DNA of 64,000 bases from assembly GCA_017654855.1 (NCBI GenBank), contig CM030335.1, forward strand, positions 2,542,001 through 2,606,000, read 5' to 3'. Both the position numbers and the translations under genes were made by a program. This stretch comes from Podospora anserina. Lineage: Eukaryota. Each line of letters starts with the position of its first letter. The stretch's first letter is position 1. Below, piece after piece: positions 24,913 to 36,867 of this stretch. The notes beneath the pieces are model-generated. The model was given only the letters and a program-made list of their open reading frames with translations. It searched no databases and was not told the DNA's origin.

Positions 24913-26244
24913 ATGGCCAAAGACAAGAAGGTCAAGGCCGACAAGGTCACCAAGTCGACCCCTGCCGCTACCCAGCTGCCTGCCCAGCTCCTCGACCTTG
25001 TAGAGAAGTTTCTCTCTGAGCATGATTTCACCGAGGCCCACACCGAATTCACCAAGGCTCGCAAGGCCAAGGGTTTGAAGAAGGCCAAGGGAAAGGCAAC
25101 CGACAGCACTCTGGAGTCCGTCTTCCAGGCTTGGGAGACTTCCAAGGCCAAGGCTTCTAGTGACGACGATTCCAGCAGCAGCAACGAGTCCGATTCCTCT
25201 TCCAGCAGCGACAGTGATTCGGACTCGGACTCGGACTCCGAGAGCGACAGTGATGATGTCGAGATGGCCGACGCCCCGGCCGACTCTGAGAGCTCTGACT
25301 CTAGCAGTAGCTCTGAGAGCTCCGACAGTGACAGCTCCGACAGTGACAGCTCCGACAGTGACAGCTCCGACAGTGAAAGTGAGAGCGAAAGTGAGGAGGA
25401 GAAGAAGCCTGCCGCTTCCAATCCTTTGAAGCGCAAGGCCACGTCCGAGAGCAGCGACTCGTCGTCTGAGGATTCCTCCGGCTCTGATTCCGAGAAGGAG
25501 AAGCCAGCTGCCAAGAAGCAGAAGACTGCCACCGCTAAGGCCGAGTCATCCTCCTCTGAGTCTTCATCCGACTCTTCTTCGGATTCTTCTTCGAGCTCCG
25601 ATAGCAGCTCTTCTGATTCTTCTTCCGATTCCGACTCATCGTCCTCCGACTCTTCTTCCGACTCCGACTCGTCCGATTCTGATTCATCTGACTCCGACTC
25701 TTCCGATTCCGAAGACGTAGCCGAGGAGGCTGCTAAGGTCCCCCTCCCCGACTCCAGCGACGATTCATCATCCGATTCCTCCTCCGATAGTGACTCGGAC
25801 AGCGACTCCGACGACAAGAGCAAGACTAAGACAAAGAAGTCCACCAAGACCAAGGCGAACAGTGACACCTCCGCGAGCGGTTCCTCCAATAGCTCTGCAA
25901 CCCTCAACGGGAGCACCTCGCCTAAGGTTTTCCCCGTCAGCACCTTCGCCCCTCTTCCTCCCGACCCGTTTGTGAAGACCAACAACCGCGGCAAGGGCGC
26001 TTCAGTAAAAGAGGAGAAGGTTCCCTTTTCCCGTGTCAACCGGAACATCAAGGTTGACCCTAAGTTTGCCGACAACTCGTTTGCGGGTGAGGACTGGGGA
26101 AGAAAGGCGCACGAGGACCTCATTGTCACGAGGGGCAAGGGCTTTACAAAGGAGAAGAACAAGAAGAAGAAGGGCAGCTACAGGGGTGGCAGGATCGACA
26201 CTGGCCTGCAATTGGGCATCAAGTTCGACGATGACGGAAACTAA
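24913..26244 (+). CDS. SRP40: Nucleolar phosphoprotein Srp40/Nopp140
   Basis: LisH-like N-terminus (LVEKFLSEHDF), long acidic Ser tracts including a 15-nt GACAGTGACAGCTCC tandem repeat (~25318-25376), SRP40_C motif PFSRV..WGRKAHEDLIVTRGKGFTKEKNKKKKGSYRGG.ID. Confidence 0.93.
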   Translation: MAKDKKVKADKVTKSTPAATQLPAQLLDLVEKFLSEHDFTEAHTEFTKARKAKGLKKAKGKATDSTLESVFQAWETSKAKASSDDDSSSSNESDSSSSSDSDSDSDSDSESDSDDVEMADAPADSESSDSSSSSESSDSDSSDSDSSDSDSSDSESESESEEEKKPAASNPLKRKATSESSDSSSEDSSGSDSEKEKPAAKKQKTATAKAESSSSESSSDSSSDSSSSSDSSSSDSSSDSDSSSSDSSSDSDSSDSDSSDSDSSDSEDVAEEAAKVPLPDSSDDSSSDSSSDSDSDSDSDDKSKTKTKKSTKTKANSDTSASGSSNSSATLNGSTSPKVFPVSTFAPLPPDPFVKTNNRGKGASVKEEKVPFSRVNRNIKVDPKFADNSFAGEDWGRKAHEDLIVTRGKGFTKEKNKKKKGSYRGGRIDTGLQLGIKFDDDGN

Positions 26245-29200
26245 GGGCAGCAATGGGGGGTACATGGATATACGCAGAAAGATTTCAGGAGTTGATAATT
26301 AGGCACAGAGGAGAGGTCGAGTGGTCATAAGGCAAGGTGTATGGGAAGCCAACCAGATAATTCTATCAAGAGAAATGGATGGATAAAGAGATGATATTAT
26401 AGAGCTTTGGGTGTTTGGCAGGCGAGCCAGCAAAATAAAGCGTGGTGTTTTTGCGGTAGATGTTGGTTTTAGTGTATCACTTTATGTTGTCTTTTTCTAT
26501 CAGTTACCTAGAGAAAAAGGCGTTGTTTTCTCAATATCCATTAGGGGCACATACTTTGAGGAGTTGGGAAATCATTTGTTTTTATTTTGTGTACACATAT
26601 TGAGCTTTGATGAGGTGTTGATGTGTCTGCATTTAATGGTGACTGTCTGTTTCGGTTTCGTGTTGCTTTTTCAAACCAGGCCAAGGCATGTACATCGAAC
26701 TGTGTAGCTTGGAATCAAATGGGTAGCCCAACTTTTTCCATTGACAGAAAAAGAGGTAGGGGATATAGGATATGGCAGCACACACGTTGAATACGTGATG
26801 TTCAAGCAGACCATGCTTCCGGAAGCTTGGATCATGGGGTCACAGGTGACTGGAGCTCACTGCTTTGCTGGCAGAGATGGAAAAAGCCGAGGGTGAGAAA
26901 GGGATAGATGGCGACTGACGTGATAGGCAATTCCACATATGAAGAGTTTCTTAGGTTAAGTGGATGAAGAGAGAGAATCATCGACGTTGTGTGGTGACGA
27001 GTACAATGATAGTTTGTTTCATAAACAGTTCTCTCGATGGGACTTGAAATCGAAAGGAGGGTGCCCAATTTCGGGAGGATCATTCTCCAATGCTTGAAAG
27101 CAATGTTCTCCAGTGAACCTGTGTCAAGCAATCCGGACAAACGGGATGCTGGGCTTCGTGGCAGACAGAAAGCTGCTTCTAATAGTGGACGAAATAAGAA
27201 ATCAAAAGTTGAATGAGTAAGGGAGGCGGGCAGTGCTCAACCTCTCAAGAATTTAAGACAGAAAATGCGGCAGGAGTGCCTCTCGAAACAGCCTGTATTG
27301 TACACTAGACAGTCCAATGTCCTACCATCTACCTTGAAATGAAAAAGGGGCAGGTGAGGTATGTAAGGTGACCCCCCAAGGTGAGCAATTGTGGCTGAGG
27401 CGGCTAACCGAACTTCCCATCCTATCTATGTTCATACTCAGAGCCTCGTGGTTTGCCGCCGAACTCACCCACCAACCCCTAAACGCACACCCACGGTTAC
27501 ACAAAGTGGCCTGTCACCTCCATATTGGGGACTGCTACACATTCATAATTTCATGCTCCCGCAGCTCAGTCTCATTCCCCACAATCTCACATGCAAAACT
27601 AACCAGCCACACTTTCCCTCGGTGAGGCTCGTTTCAACAGCACTCGACCTTATCTCACCTTGAGATGTGTGCCTTTTCCGGCCGAGGTCACCTCAAATGA
27701 CACGTCAAAAAAGCGGTAAGCAAGAGACAGACTTACAACAGTGCAATGGGACACATCAAGAGGGGTCCATTTTTGCGGGGCACCTGTCCGCGAACTTTCA
27801 AACAAGGGAGTTTGAACGTGTGTAAGTGGTTCGCCGGGTTAAGGGTTGGGGTTGTAGGTGGAGTGTCTGAAAAGCTAGGAATGAAAAATGTCACCAATCT
27901 CGGGTTTAGGCATGAGCAGTTGTGCCTTGGGCGGAAATCTCTTGACGGGACATGGCTGCTCTTTACGAGGGAAAACCGGGAATGCTGGTGTGATGCTGGT
28001 CTCCCCTCGGCCATCAGATATCTGGCGGTGAGACCCGAGGTCCCTGTGCTATTTTTTCAGCTGAAGGGCTGAAAGTTGCACTAGAAGACGTCTATTGATC
28101 GAAACTATTGATGTTAGCTGTTGACACGGTGTTAGAGAGGATGTGTTTGATTTTGTGGAACTGGGGAGGTGAAGGCGGCTCATCTGAGCAAAGGCGAAGC
28201 CTGGAACATCTCCCGTGTAGCAACACCTCCGCCAGCTCTTGAGGCGGTGAGAAGACGATGATTTTCTAGAATATAGTTGGAAAAGGTGAGGCACCCCATA
28301 AGGTGACCGGATTGGAACAGCCATCAAGGTCTGCCGAGTGTTGAGGACATTAGTCGAGGTAGGGATGAAATGGCTGTCTGGTCGTCTTGCCACCTTTAGT
28401 CAAGCCATCAGACTAGACTCGATAACAGAAATGCGGCGAATGGTGTCCTCCACAGGTTCGCCATATCTGGACGAGATCTGAGAACCACCGAGGGACTTGG
28501 GCCCTGAATCAAGGTAGCGGAGGCCGAACGGAGAACTGCTATGCTTGGAGCTGGCGAGGCAGATTGATGAGGTTTGGATGTCCATGTTCGAAATGTGGGC
28601 CTAGAAAGATCTTAGGGTGACGGTACGAACGCTGCGGAGACTTTATGGAGTTCGATATTGAAACTCTGGTTCGGTGCCGGCTGCGTGATTCCGGAGATGA
28701 GGGTCACCAGGGTGTAGGCAAGTTGATATCGGAGGCCCTGAACTTCCAAAAATATTAAAGTTCAGTCAAGCATTGACCAGACATACCTTTTGTGGAATAG
28801 AGATCAGACTAAGATCCTGGTTCAGATGGATGTCGGGGTGGCTTGGCTGTTCCTGCCCTGGTCCGATGTTTAACGGTTCCAGATGGAACATGGGCACGGG
28901 CGATATCCCAAGGAACTGGAACCAGGGGAAATATCCTAGAACCGGCAGTTTAGTTTGATGCTAGCACGAATGAACGAAAAAAAGACCCGAGTGTGGCTGA
29001 TGGGATGGCCATGACTCCTTGACCGTAGTGCGGTAGATGTGAGGCCTGGTCCTATGACAAACGGGATATGCACCCGAGGAGAGGGCACCGGTTCAAGGAG
29101 GGGCTTTAACGAAAAGCCTGCCAAGATCCATTTCCTCAAACTCGATGGGGTGGAAATGCCTAATCCGTAGTTATGAGGGCGATGAGGCAATGCGGAGGAA

Positions 29201-30019
29201 TTAGATACCGCCCTTCGGAATTTAGCACTGGGCTGGAGATTCGGGTCTCGTGTTGATGCTGGTATGGGACGGCGTCCTCCCAGAGCGGTTCATCTTGGGT
29301 GAGAGCATCATTTTATGGTAGATTGAGGCATTGAAATGATAGTGTATGATCAAGTCGAAGCAACCATGTGTTGTAAGACCACGAGCGTCTCTCCACGTGG
29401 TAAGCTTTGAGATGTGTTGGATGAAGGACAAAAAGGGACAGGGCCACAACTCTTGGCTCTGTCATGAGAGAGAGCCAATCAGTCAGCCTTATCGTCGGTA
29501 GCCAATGGGGACTGTCCATATCAGAAAACAGTGGGTCGAAAGTGGCACTGCAAGTACCCAAAGTACCCTTGTCGGTTGTGCCGCCGTAGGGCTCTCACCC
29601 AGGGCGCGCTCACTGTCGCGAACTTCCCCGCGCCTCTGGGCTGTTGGAGCCTGGTCATTCCGTTGGCGGTTGGCGATTTACTCGGATGGCGGATGGTGTT
29701 AACATTTCGCTTCTTTGCTAAAACCGTCCAACTCCCTCACCATGCCGGTGACCGACCCGGTGACTGTGAATACCTTCATCAGTTCCCTCCGGCCTGGTCT
29801 GGCCGTCCCCGCGTGACATCACCGCCTGCGCTCTCAGGTCCCCCCCCGCCATCAGCCAAAAGGCATCCATCCTCCTCGTGCCCGCCTGGCGGCTGTGAGT
29901 TCATTCAGCTCGCTCTCCAAATCTCACCCCGCCATCTCACTCACCTCATTCACACAACCAACTGTCTTTTCTTTCATCAACGCTCATCAAGGCGATTCAT
30001 GGTGGCAAGCGAGGTCCAC

Positions 30020-32336
30020 ATGGGTATAACTTGCAGCATAGACACGGTCGAGTTTGACAGCGATGCTGAAAAAAATAATACGCAAGTCCCCGAGGAAACG
30101 CACCCGCACTCAGTCAATATCACCCACACGGCGCTGGCTTACAAGATCGATGGCTGACCTGTTCGTCCACAGGCCCGACGTTGTGAGTGAAGCTAGCCCA
30201 AGAAGCATGGCTGTAAGAAAGGCTCAAGGCTCTGGCGCTGAGTCCTGTACTCGGCTCAACGGGGTGTCTAATGGTAATGGAACTCGAGGTGAAGGCTGGA
30301 TGGCTCAGTATGACTGCGTTGGGCCACTGGAGGCTGCTGCAAGAAGACGGAATCCAGAAATCGATTCATCAAGCCCCTGTCTCACAGATCAGCTTCATGC
30401 TTTCACTGGACGGACGTCTGAAGAAACAAAGAAACCAAAACCATGGTCGTTACGGAGTTCTTCGAGAAATGTGACGCTCTCAGCTCCGAAAGAGTTCTTT
30501 GACGCAGCAGATAAGGACATTGAGGGAACTATCACGACGTATGACGAGCTACGGAAGGCACTCAAGGACCACGAAGATGCACTTTCGTTTGAGAATACCT
30601 GCAGGATCAACGCTTCGGTGCTCGAGATCAAGGCCAACGCTAAGCTTCAGGCTCTCAAAAAGGACGACATCGAACGCTATTACACGCCAGCTCCGCCCAG
30701 GCAGGGGTTTCAGGGCCAGGAGCATCCTCGTTTCTACGGAGATCATTTCCTTTCCAACATCGACTTAATTCAACAAACCCAACTTTTCAGTCTCTTCCGC
30801 GCCATGCCCAAAGGCGCTCATCTTCATATTCACTTCAACGCTAACCTATTACCAAATTTTTTACTTGATATTGCGAAGGAGATGACCCGCATGTATATTT
30901 GGTGCAACATGCCACTGGTGAATGACAAGGGGCAGGTAGACCGGACCGCTTTGGATCGGTGCCGGGTACAATTCAGTATTATGAACGAAGCGGCAGTGAA
31001 GGAGCGAGGCGAGGGCAATATTTTTGATGCCGCTTACCAAAACAGGACTGTGATGCAGTTCTCTAGGTTTCGGGAAGAATTCCGCCGGAGGTACGCCCAG
31101 GAGGACGTTGACAGAGTTGATAAATGGCTACAAAACAAGCTGGTCTTTGAAGAAGAGGAGGCCCACGGTTTGCTTCAAACAGCAAAAGGGTACGTAGACT
31201 CCGTTTCCTTGTGAAACCATTGCTAACCAGCAGTACAGGGCATGGGAAAAGTTCAACGCGAGAACGCAAATGATGAAGGGCCTCTTCAACTATAAAAGTG
31301 CATACGCAAGATATACACGCCATTGCTTAGAGGAGTTCGCCGATGACAACATCCAGTACGCCGAGATCCGTGTGAATTTCATGTCGACAAACCAAGTATG
31401 GGAAGATGACGGGTCCAAAAAACTTGACAACGAAGGAATCACAGATCTGATTATCGATCAATACGAGAAATTCCAACGCCAGCATCAAGGAAAAGTGGTT
31501 CAGGGGCTCAAGATCATCTATTGCACGCCACGGTCATTCGACACCGAGCAGGTGGAAGAGTCGCTTCACGAGTGTCTCGAGTTCAAGCTCAAAGAGAAGT
31601 ACTCAAACTACATTGCCGGTTTTGACTTGGTTGGCGAAGAAGGCAAAGGTCACCCCTTACATTATTTCACAAAGCAGCTGCTTCGATTCCAGAAAGCCTG
31701 TCGCCTAGCAGGAACCTCCATACCGCTTCTGTTACACTGCGGTGAGACTCTGGATCATGGCGATGAGACGGACAGAAACCTGCTCGATGCTCTCCTGCTC
31801 GGGTCCAAGCGGATCGGCCACGGGTTTGCCCTGCCGCGGCATCCTTTTATTATGGAGCAGATGAAACAGCACAACATCTGTGTGGAAGTGTGCCCAATAT
31901 CGAACGAGATACTGGGACTCACGCCGAGAATAAGCGGGCACTCTGTGTACAACCTGCTGGCTAATAATGTCCACTGCACTGTGAGCACCGACAACGGGAC
32001 ACTATTTAGGTAGGTTTCCTTTGATATTGTCTCTTGCCAGGTATGCTGACGTGCTCTAGATCGCGATTATCACACGACTTTTACCAAGTACTGGCAGGAA
32101 AGGCAGACATGACGCTCCATGGACTTCGGCAGCTAATTGAGTGGAGTCTTGAGCACTCGTGCATGGATGCAAAGGAGAGGGAAAAGGTGCATACCGCTTG
32201 GCTCCACATGTGGGAGAAGTTTTGTCTGAGGATTGTCAAGGGTGAATTTGACCAACCGCAACAGCGAAGAGACGGCGAGGCTACCTTGGGGGTGGCTGGA
32301 AACGAGAAAAAGACAGCTGCTATGCCCGGCCCATGA
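30020..32336 (+). CDS. Adenosine deaminase 2 / ADGF-like metallo-deaminase
   Basis: Exons 30020-30081, 30173-31189, 31239-32009, 32060-32336 (first intron GC-AG); motifs MPKGAHLHIH, DNIQYAEIR, IAGFDLVGEE, LHCGET, RIGHG, EVCPISNE, STDN. Confidence 0.88.
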
Positions 32337-34075
32337 TTCTTGGCCTCTCCCAGGCCCAGTAGAGACATGGAGAAACAGGAAGAAAGGTTTCGGGCGGTAG
32401 AATATGACAGGTATATGACAAAGACAGCAATGTGTCTGGCTGGGGTTTGTTTTGCAATCATGTCATGGTTCACGGTCATAAACGGGATTTTAAACGGTAG
32501 GACAGGGCACAGGGGGTATATGACGATGATGATACCATGTTTGGGAACGGATTAAGATTTTCTGGGCCCTCTTTGTTTGAGTATGACAGGCTCTGCTCAC
32601 GGGCCGCGAGGCCATGTTTGGGGGTCGGGATGGAAGAAGCGATACATGTCACATTCGTGAGTCCTTCTTAGGAGGCAGGGTTGGTTCATGGGTTTACTGG
32701 GCTGGTTTACTGGGCGAGTTACACACTGGGTTGTTAGACGGGCAAAACAAACGGTTGACGGGGACAATGGCAATGGATTTGGAGTTCATGGCGTTTACTC
32801 ACCTCAACTTCACCTTCGTCATCTCTCACAGCCAGCAACCAGTTTCAAGGCGATTTCCGGATGACTGAGATGACAGATCAAACTTTCTCCTTTCTTCGGC
32901 CCTCTTCCCTTTGTCATTGTCAACCTTTACTCAATTCCCACCTGATCTCTCACGCCTGTTATCGACAAAGCGATCAGGCTGCCAGAGCCTCATGAGCAGT
33001 CCGTCAAATCAGGTACGTCTCCATTTTGGGCCGCCCCGCATTTACATTGCCATACAACTGTTGGCTGCATCATGTTTGCACCTTCGCTCGGATTTGCGGA
33101 CCAAGCCATCCACCTATCCATCACCCATCAGGCTGAGGGGGGGCTGAGACGTGCGCGCGGTCACGACTTCAACCACTCAGGCAACATCGCTCACATTACA
33201 TAGTTCCCATCCCACCATCCCTCAGGAAAGTGAAGGGGGAACGACCGGGGGGGAATTTCCCTTTCCTACAACAAGAAGCCTACACTATTGTTCCACCTGA
33301 GGTATGTGTGTCAGCGTAATTGGACAAGGTCGGCGATAGACTGGGTCCAAATCAAGGCTTGTAAGCGCGCCGCAGAGGCTCTACGGTAAACAATCGACTT
33401 CGTTTCCAGGACATGAAAGATCATTCTCGGGGTGGATGGTTAGAGAATACATTCTATGCAGGGGCCTTTTCCACCCGCTCCGCTCCCGTTTTTGGCCTTC
33501 TGAGATCTTACTATCACTGGGTACCGCTGCCGTGGAGCTGGACCAGGCTGAGATGTCCAGGGACGAAGGAATATGAAAACCCTGGTTGAAGATGTGGTAT
33601 TAAACCCACTACAGCTCACCTCCATTTCATCTTCTTCATTTAGCACATAGACTGAAGTCAGCAGCGTTTTTCTTTTTGTCTTATGTCTAGGTGTCGGTGA
33701 AACCGCCAGCGAACAACCTCAAAGTTTGCCTTACTCGTCGGGCGTTTCTCTCACACACGCATTTTCCAATCGTCGCTTCTATTGCCTGTTTTCACCCCAC
33801 CGATTGGCGAGACAGGTGTAACGCACAGCTACCATACGGTGCACCTAGATTGTTTGCGCCAAGCTGAACTAGAGCTGAGCCTTCAATCATTCCTGACTGG
33901 GCGTTTCGAGCGTCGACGACGTGGCCGCGCGACGAACTTTTTTCTTCTCTCTGAATAGTTGTAAACAATACAGTGTCGGTCTCGTCAAGGTTCTCTTTTA
34001 CTCTTACTCTTCAGAGTCGTATCTAGGAGACGCTGAGCGCCTGTATTATACGTTATTCTGGACAGCATCATCGCC

Positions 34076-35755
34076 ATGTCCAGCCTTCCGCTGCCTCTGG
34101 ATGAGGATGCTCCCACGGGAGCGCTAGCTTGGTATGTATTTCCCTCGAATCCCTTCAGAACTTACCTTAACAGAGTAACTAACTTTCAACAAAGGTTCCC
34201 ATACGGCCGTCAGGATCTTCCAGGTTGGCGCTTCGACGTCATCACCCTCCTCGCCATCATCGGCGAGTCCAGCGTCGCTGAACACGCCCAAACCCTCACA
34301 GCATCCCGTCTCTGCCTCCTCCCACGTATCATTCCCGCCCCTCAAGCCCTCCTCAAACCAGTGCGGCCTCAACGACTCCCAGAAGCCAACGCCAAAATGA
34401 CAGGCGTACACAGCGGGGTGGTTCTCGACACGGTAGGTTTCTTCGCAAACATCCTACAACCCCTCGACGAGATGAAGCCCTTCTCCTTCAAAGTCCTCGA
34501 GATCAAGCACACGAAGGAAGCTTTGGAAGCCATCGAAGCGGGTAAAATAAGAGAGCAAAAGGGGAGACTTACCACCTCCACCAAGGGCAGCAACTGGTGG
34601 AGAAGAGGCTGGAGAGGGCAGCAAAAACCAACAGCACCGCATATGAAACCTACCACTGATACCACCACAGTCCTCACCCCCTCCCGACCAAGCTTCTTCG
34701 ACCCAGCCAACGCCAACCCAACCGAAAAACCACCCACCCGTAAACCCACTGTTCAGTTCGCCACAGCAGCGGCAGACGACGACCTCGAACGAGGCGGCTC
34801 TTCCACCACCACGCTCACAACCTCTAATAATAACCACCCCCACCACCTCCCCCATCACCGAACATCAACCACCAGACCCTCCGTCCCGGCAACGTTATGC
34901 TCCCCCGTGCACCTACTTTCGATTTTTTCATTTGCCCTCACACTGGCAATCATCATCCTCTCCGCCCTCTGGGAAGACGGCACGGCCATTCTGGCCATAG
35001 TATTGATGTCGCTGGCCTCGTCGGTGGTTTGCTACGCCTCGCTGTGGAAGCCCGTTCTCATGAACAGGACCACTTCGGGCAAGGTGCCCGAGGGGGATGT
35101 CGTGATCAGGACGAGGGAGGGGGCGTTTCTGCTGATCAAATGCACCGAGGAGGTGGCGCGGGAGCTGTATTCCGGGACGGAGGAGTGCAAGTATGTGGTG
35201 GAGAGCGATCTGTACAGGCTGTACATGGGGTTGGGGATGGTGCTGCTGATGGTGAGCGTGGTGTTGCTGGGGAACTGCGGGTGGAACAGTCAGGTGCTGA
35301 TTGGGGGGGGGTATATCTGTTTGAACGGGCTGTATTGGATGATGGGGTTGGTGGAGGAGAAGAGGTTTTGGGATGTGGATAGGAGGTATACCGTTCGGGA
35401 TGTGACCAAGGAGGATTCAAAGGGGGCGCATGCTTTTCCGGAGGGGAAGGATAAGTGGGAGAAGGATCGGTTGGAGGATGATGAGATTCCTAGTTTTACG
35501 AGGACGATGTGGTATGCGATCAGGGAGACGAAGGGGCAGGTGGCGTGGGTGAAGAGGAGCGGGGCGATGCCGAAGACGAAGCAGTGGAAGAGGTGGTTGG
35601 AGGAGGCGCAGAAGATGGCTGAGAAGGGGGAGAGAGGGTGGAAGGCGGTGAGGAGGAAAGGGGAGATTATGAGGGAGGAGGGGGCCGAAGATGATGCGGA
35701 ACAGATGGCGCCTGCGCAGGAGGTGCAGAGGAGGGGGACCGTGAGGGGGGAGTGA
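34076..35755 (+). CDS. Hypothetical multi-pass membrane protein
   Basis: 559-codon ORF with strong coding bias, probable in-frame 63-nt intron 34132-34194 (GTATGT..ACTAAC..AAG), several transmembrane segments; no family recognised. Confidence 0.8.
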   Translation: MSSLPLPLDEDAPTGALAWYVFPSNPFRTYLNRVTNFQQRFPYGRQDLPGWRFDVITLLAIIGESSVAEHAQTLTASRLCLLPRIIPAPQALLKPVRPQRLPEANAKMTGVHSGVVLDTVGFFANILQPLDEMKPFSFKVLEIKHTKEALEAIEAGKIREQKGRLTTSTKGSNWWRRGWRGQQKPTAPHMKPTTDTTTVLTPSRPSFFDPANANPTEKPPTRKPTVQFATAAADDDLERGGSSTTTLTTSNNNHPHHLPHHRTSTTRPSVPATLCSPVHLLSIFSFALTLAIIILSALWEDGTAILAIVLMSLASSVVCYASLWKPVLMNRTTSGKVPEGDVVIRTREGAFLLIKCTEEVARELYSGTEECKYVVESDLYRLYMGLGMVLLMVSVVLLGNCGWNSQVLIGGGYICLNGLYWMMGLVEEKRFWDVDRRYTVRDVTKEDSKGAHAFPEGKDKWEKDRLEDDEIPSFTRTMWYAIRETKGQVAWVKRSGAMPKTKQWKRWLEEAQKMAEKGERGWKAVRRKGEIMREEGAEDDAEQMAPAQEVQRRGTVRGE

Positions 35756-36860
35756 GGGAAGTTGTGTGGTGGGTGTTGGGTTGTATGAATATCATGATGC
35801 CTTGGGCGTAGCATTGGTTTGGATCTAGGATAGTGACCATCATCATAGAAAAAGGTTGGGTAGGGTCAAAATACTAGGACTCTCATGAGATGTCGTCAAA
35901 CGTGGATCGCGAACACGAGCACTAGCCTTCAAAAAAACGTGAAACAATCTTTCGTCGACGCTGGAGTTAACGTTTGGTTCCATCCGAACCCCATAGCACA
36001 GCCCGGGCCTGGCCCTTGAATCCCGAGAGCTTGGGACCCCGCGACAAGCTTTCTATAAGTTGGCTCGAGCTTTCATGAACCTCATCTACTTCAAAGACTG
36101 ACTAGGCCCCCGTTTCTTCACATGGCAGATGTACCTACTAGCCTGCAAGAGCACATTTCTTCCCCTGAATCTCCCCGGCATTGTCTCGTCACCATTTACA
36201 AAGTAGCCCAGCCTCGGAATACAAAGGAAGCAGAAAACATGCCGCGGCATGCCGTGCCGTACCCCCAAAACCCGGAGACATCGGAGGTGGGGCCGGATCT
36301 CGGCCGGGTCTCGGCCGGCTAAGAACCTCATCTTCACCTCGGCGCTGGCCAAGAAACTCCGCAGGTTTCCCTTGGGATTTTCCAGCTGTTAGGAACATGC
36401 CTGGAAACCCAGAAGCGTCATTTTTTTCACTGCAAGGTTCCATGTTGTCGATCACTTTTTGATGATGGCTGATAAGTGCTGACGTGCAGTTTTGAATCCA
36501 TCCATCCCATCCCACATCCGCTTGTTGCGGTTAGAGAAACCAGATATTTCCCCAAAGGGGTTTTTTTTCTTTTTTTCTTTTTTTCCCTTCCTGTGGCCTC
36601 CTCAATGCCACCGGGATTTATGGAGTATTCCACTCAAATCACAGTCCCATCCTCCACAATTGAGGATATCACAGTGGGATCTCTGCAAAGTTTCTCAAGT
36701 TTTCAGACGATGGCGCCATCGTCCCGCATCTCCATTTTCCTGGATCTGGATTCTGAACAAAAAAGTTTTGAAGGTGGGGTTGGTTGGTTGAAGTGGATGA
36801 GGTGGATTTTGAATACGAAACCCTGCAAGGGCAGGGCTAGGTGGAATTAGCCGAAGCGAG

Positions 36861-36867
36861 TGACTCA
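36861..36867. promoter_or_regulatory. TGACTCA Gcn4/Cpc1 response element (distal)
   Basis: Perfect TGACTCA about 1.4 kb upstream of the cpc-1 leader. Confidence 0.45.
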
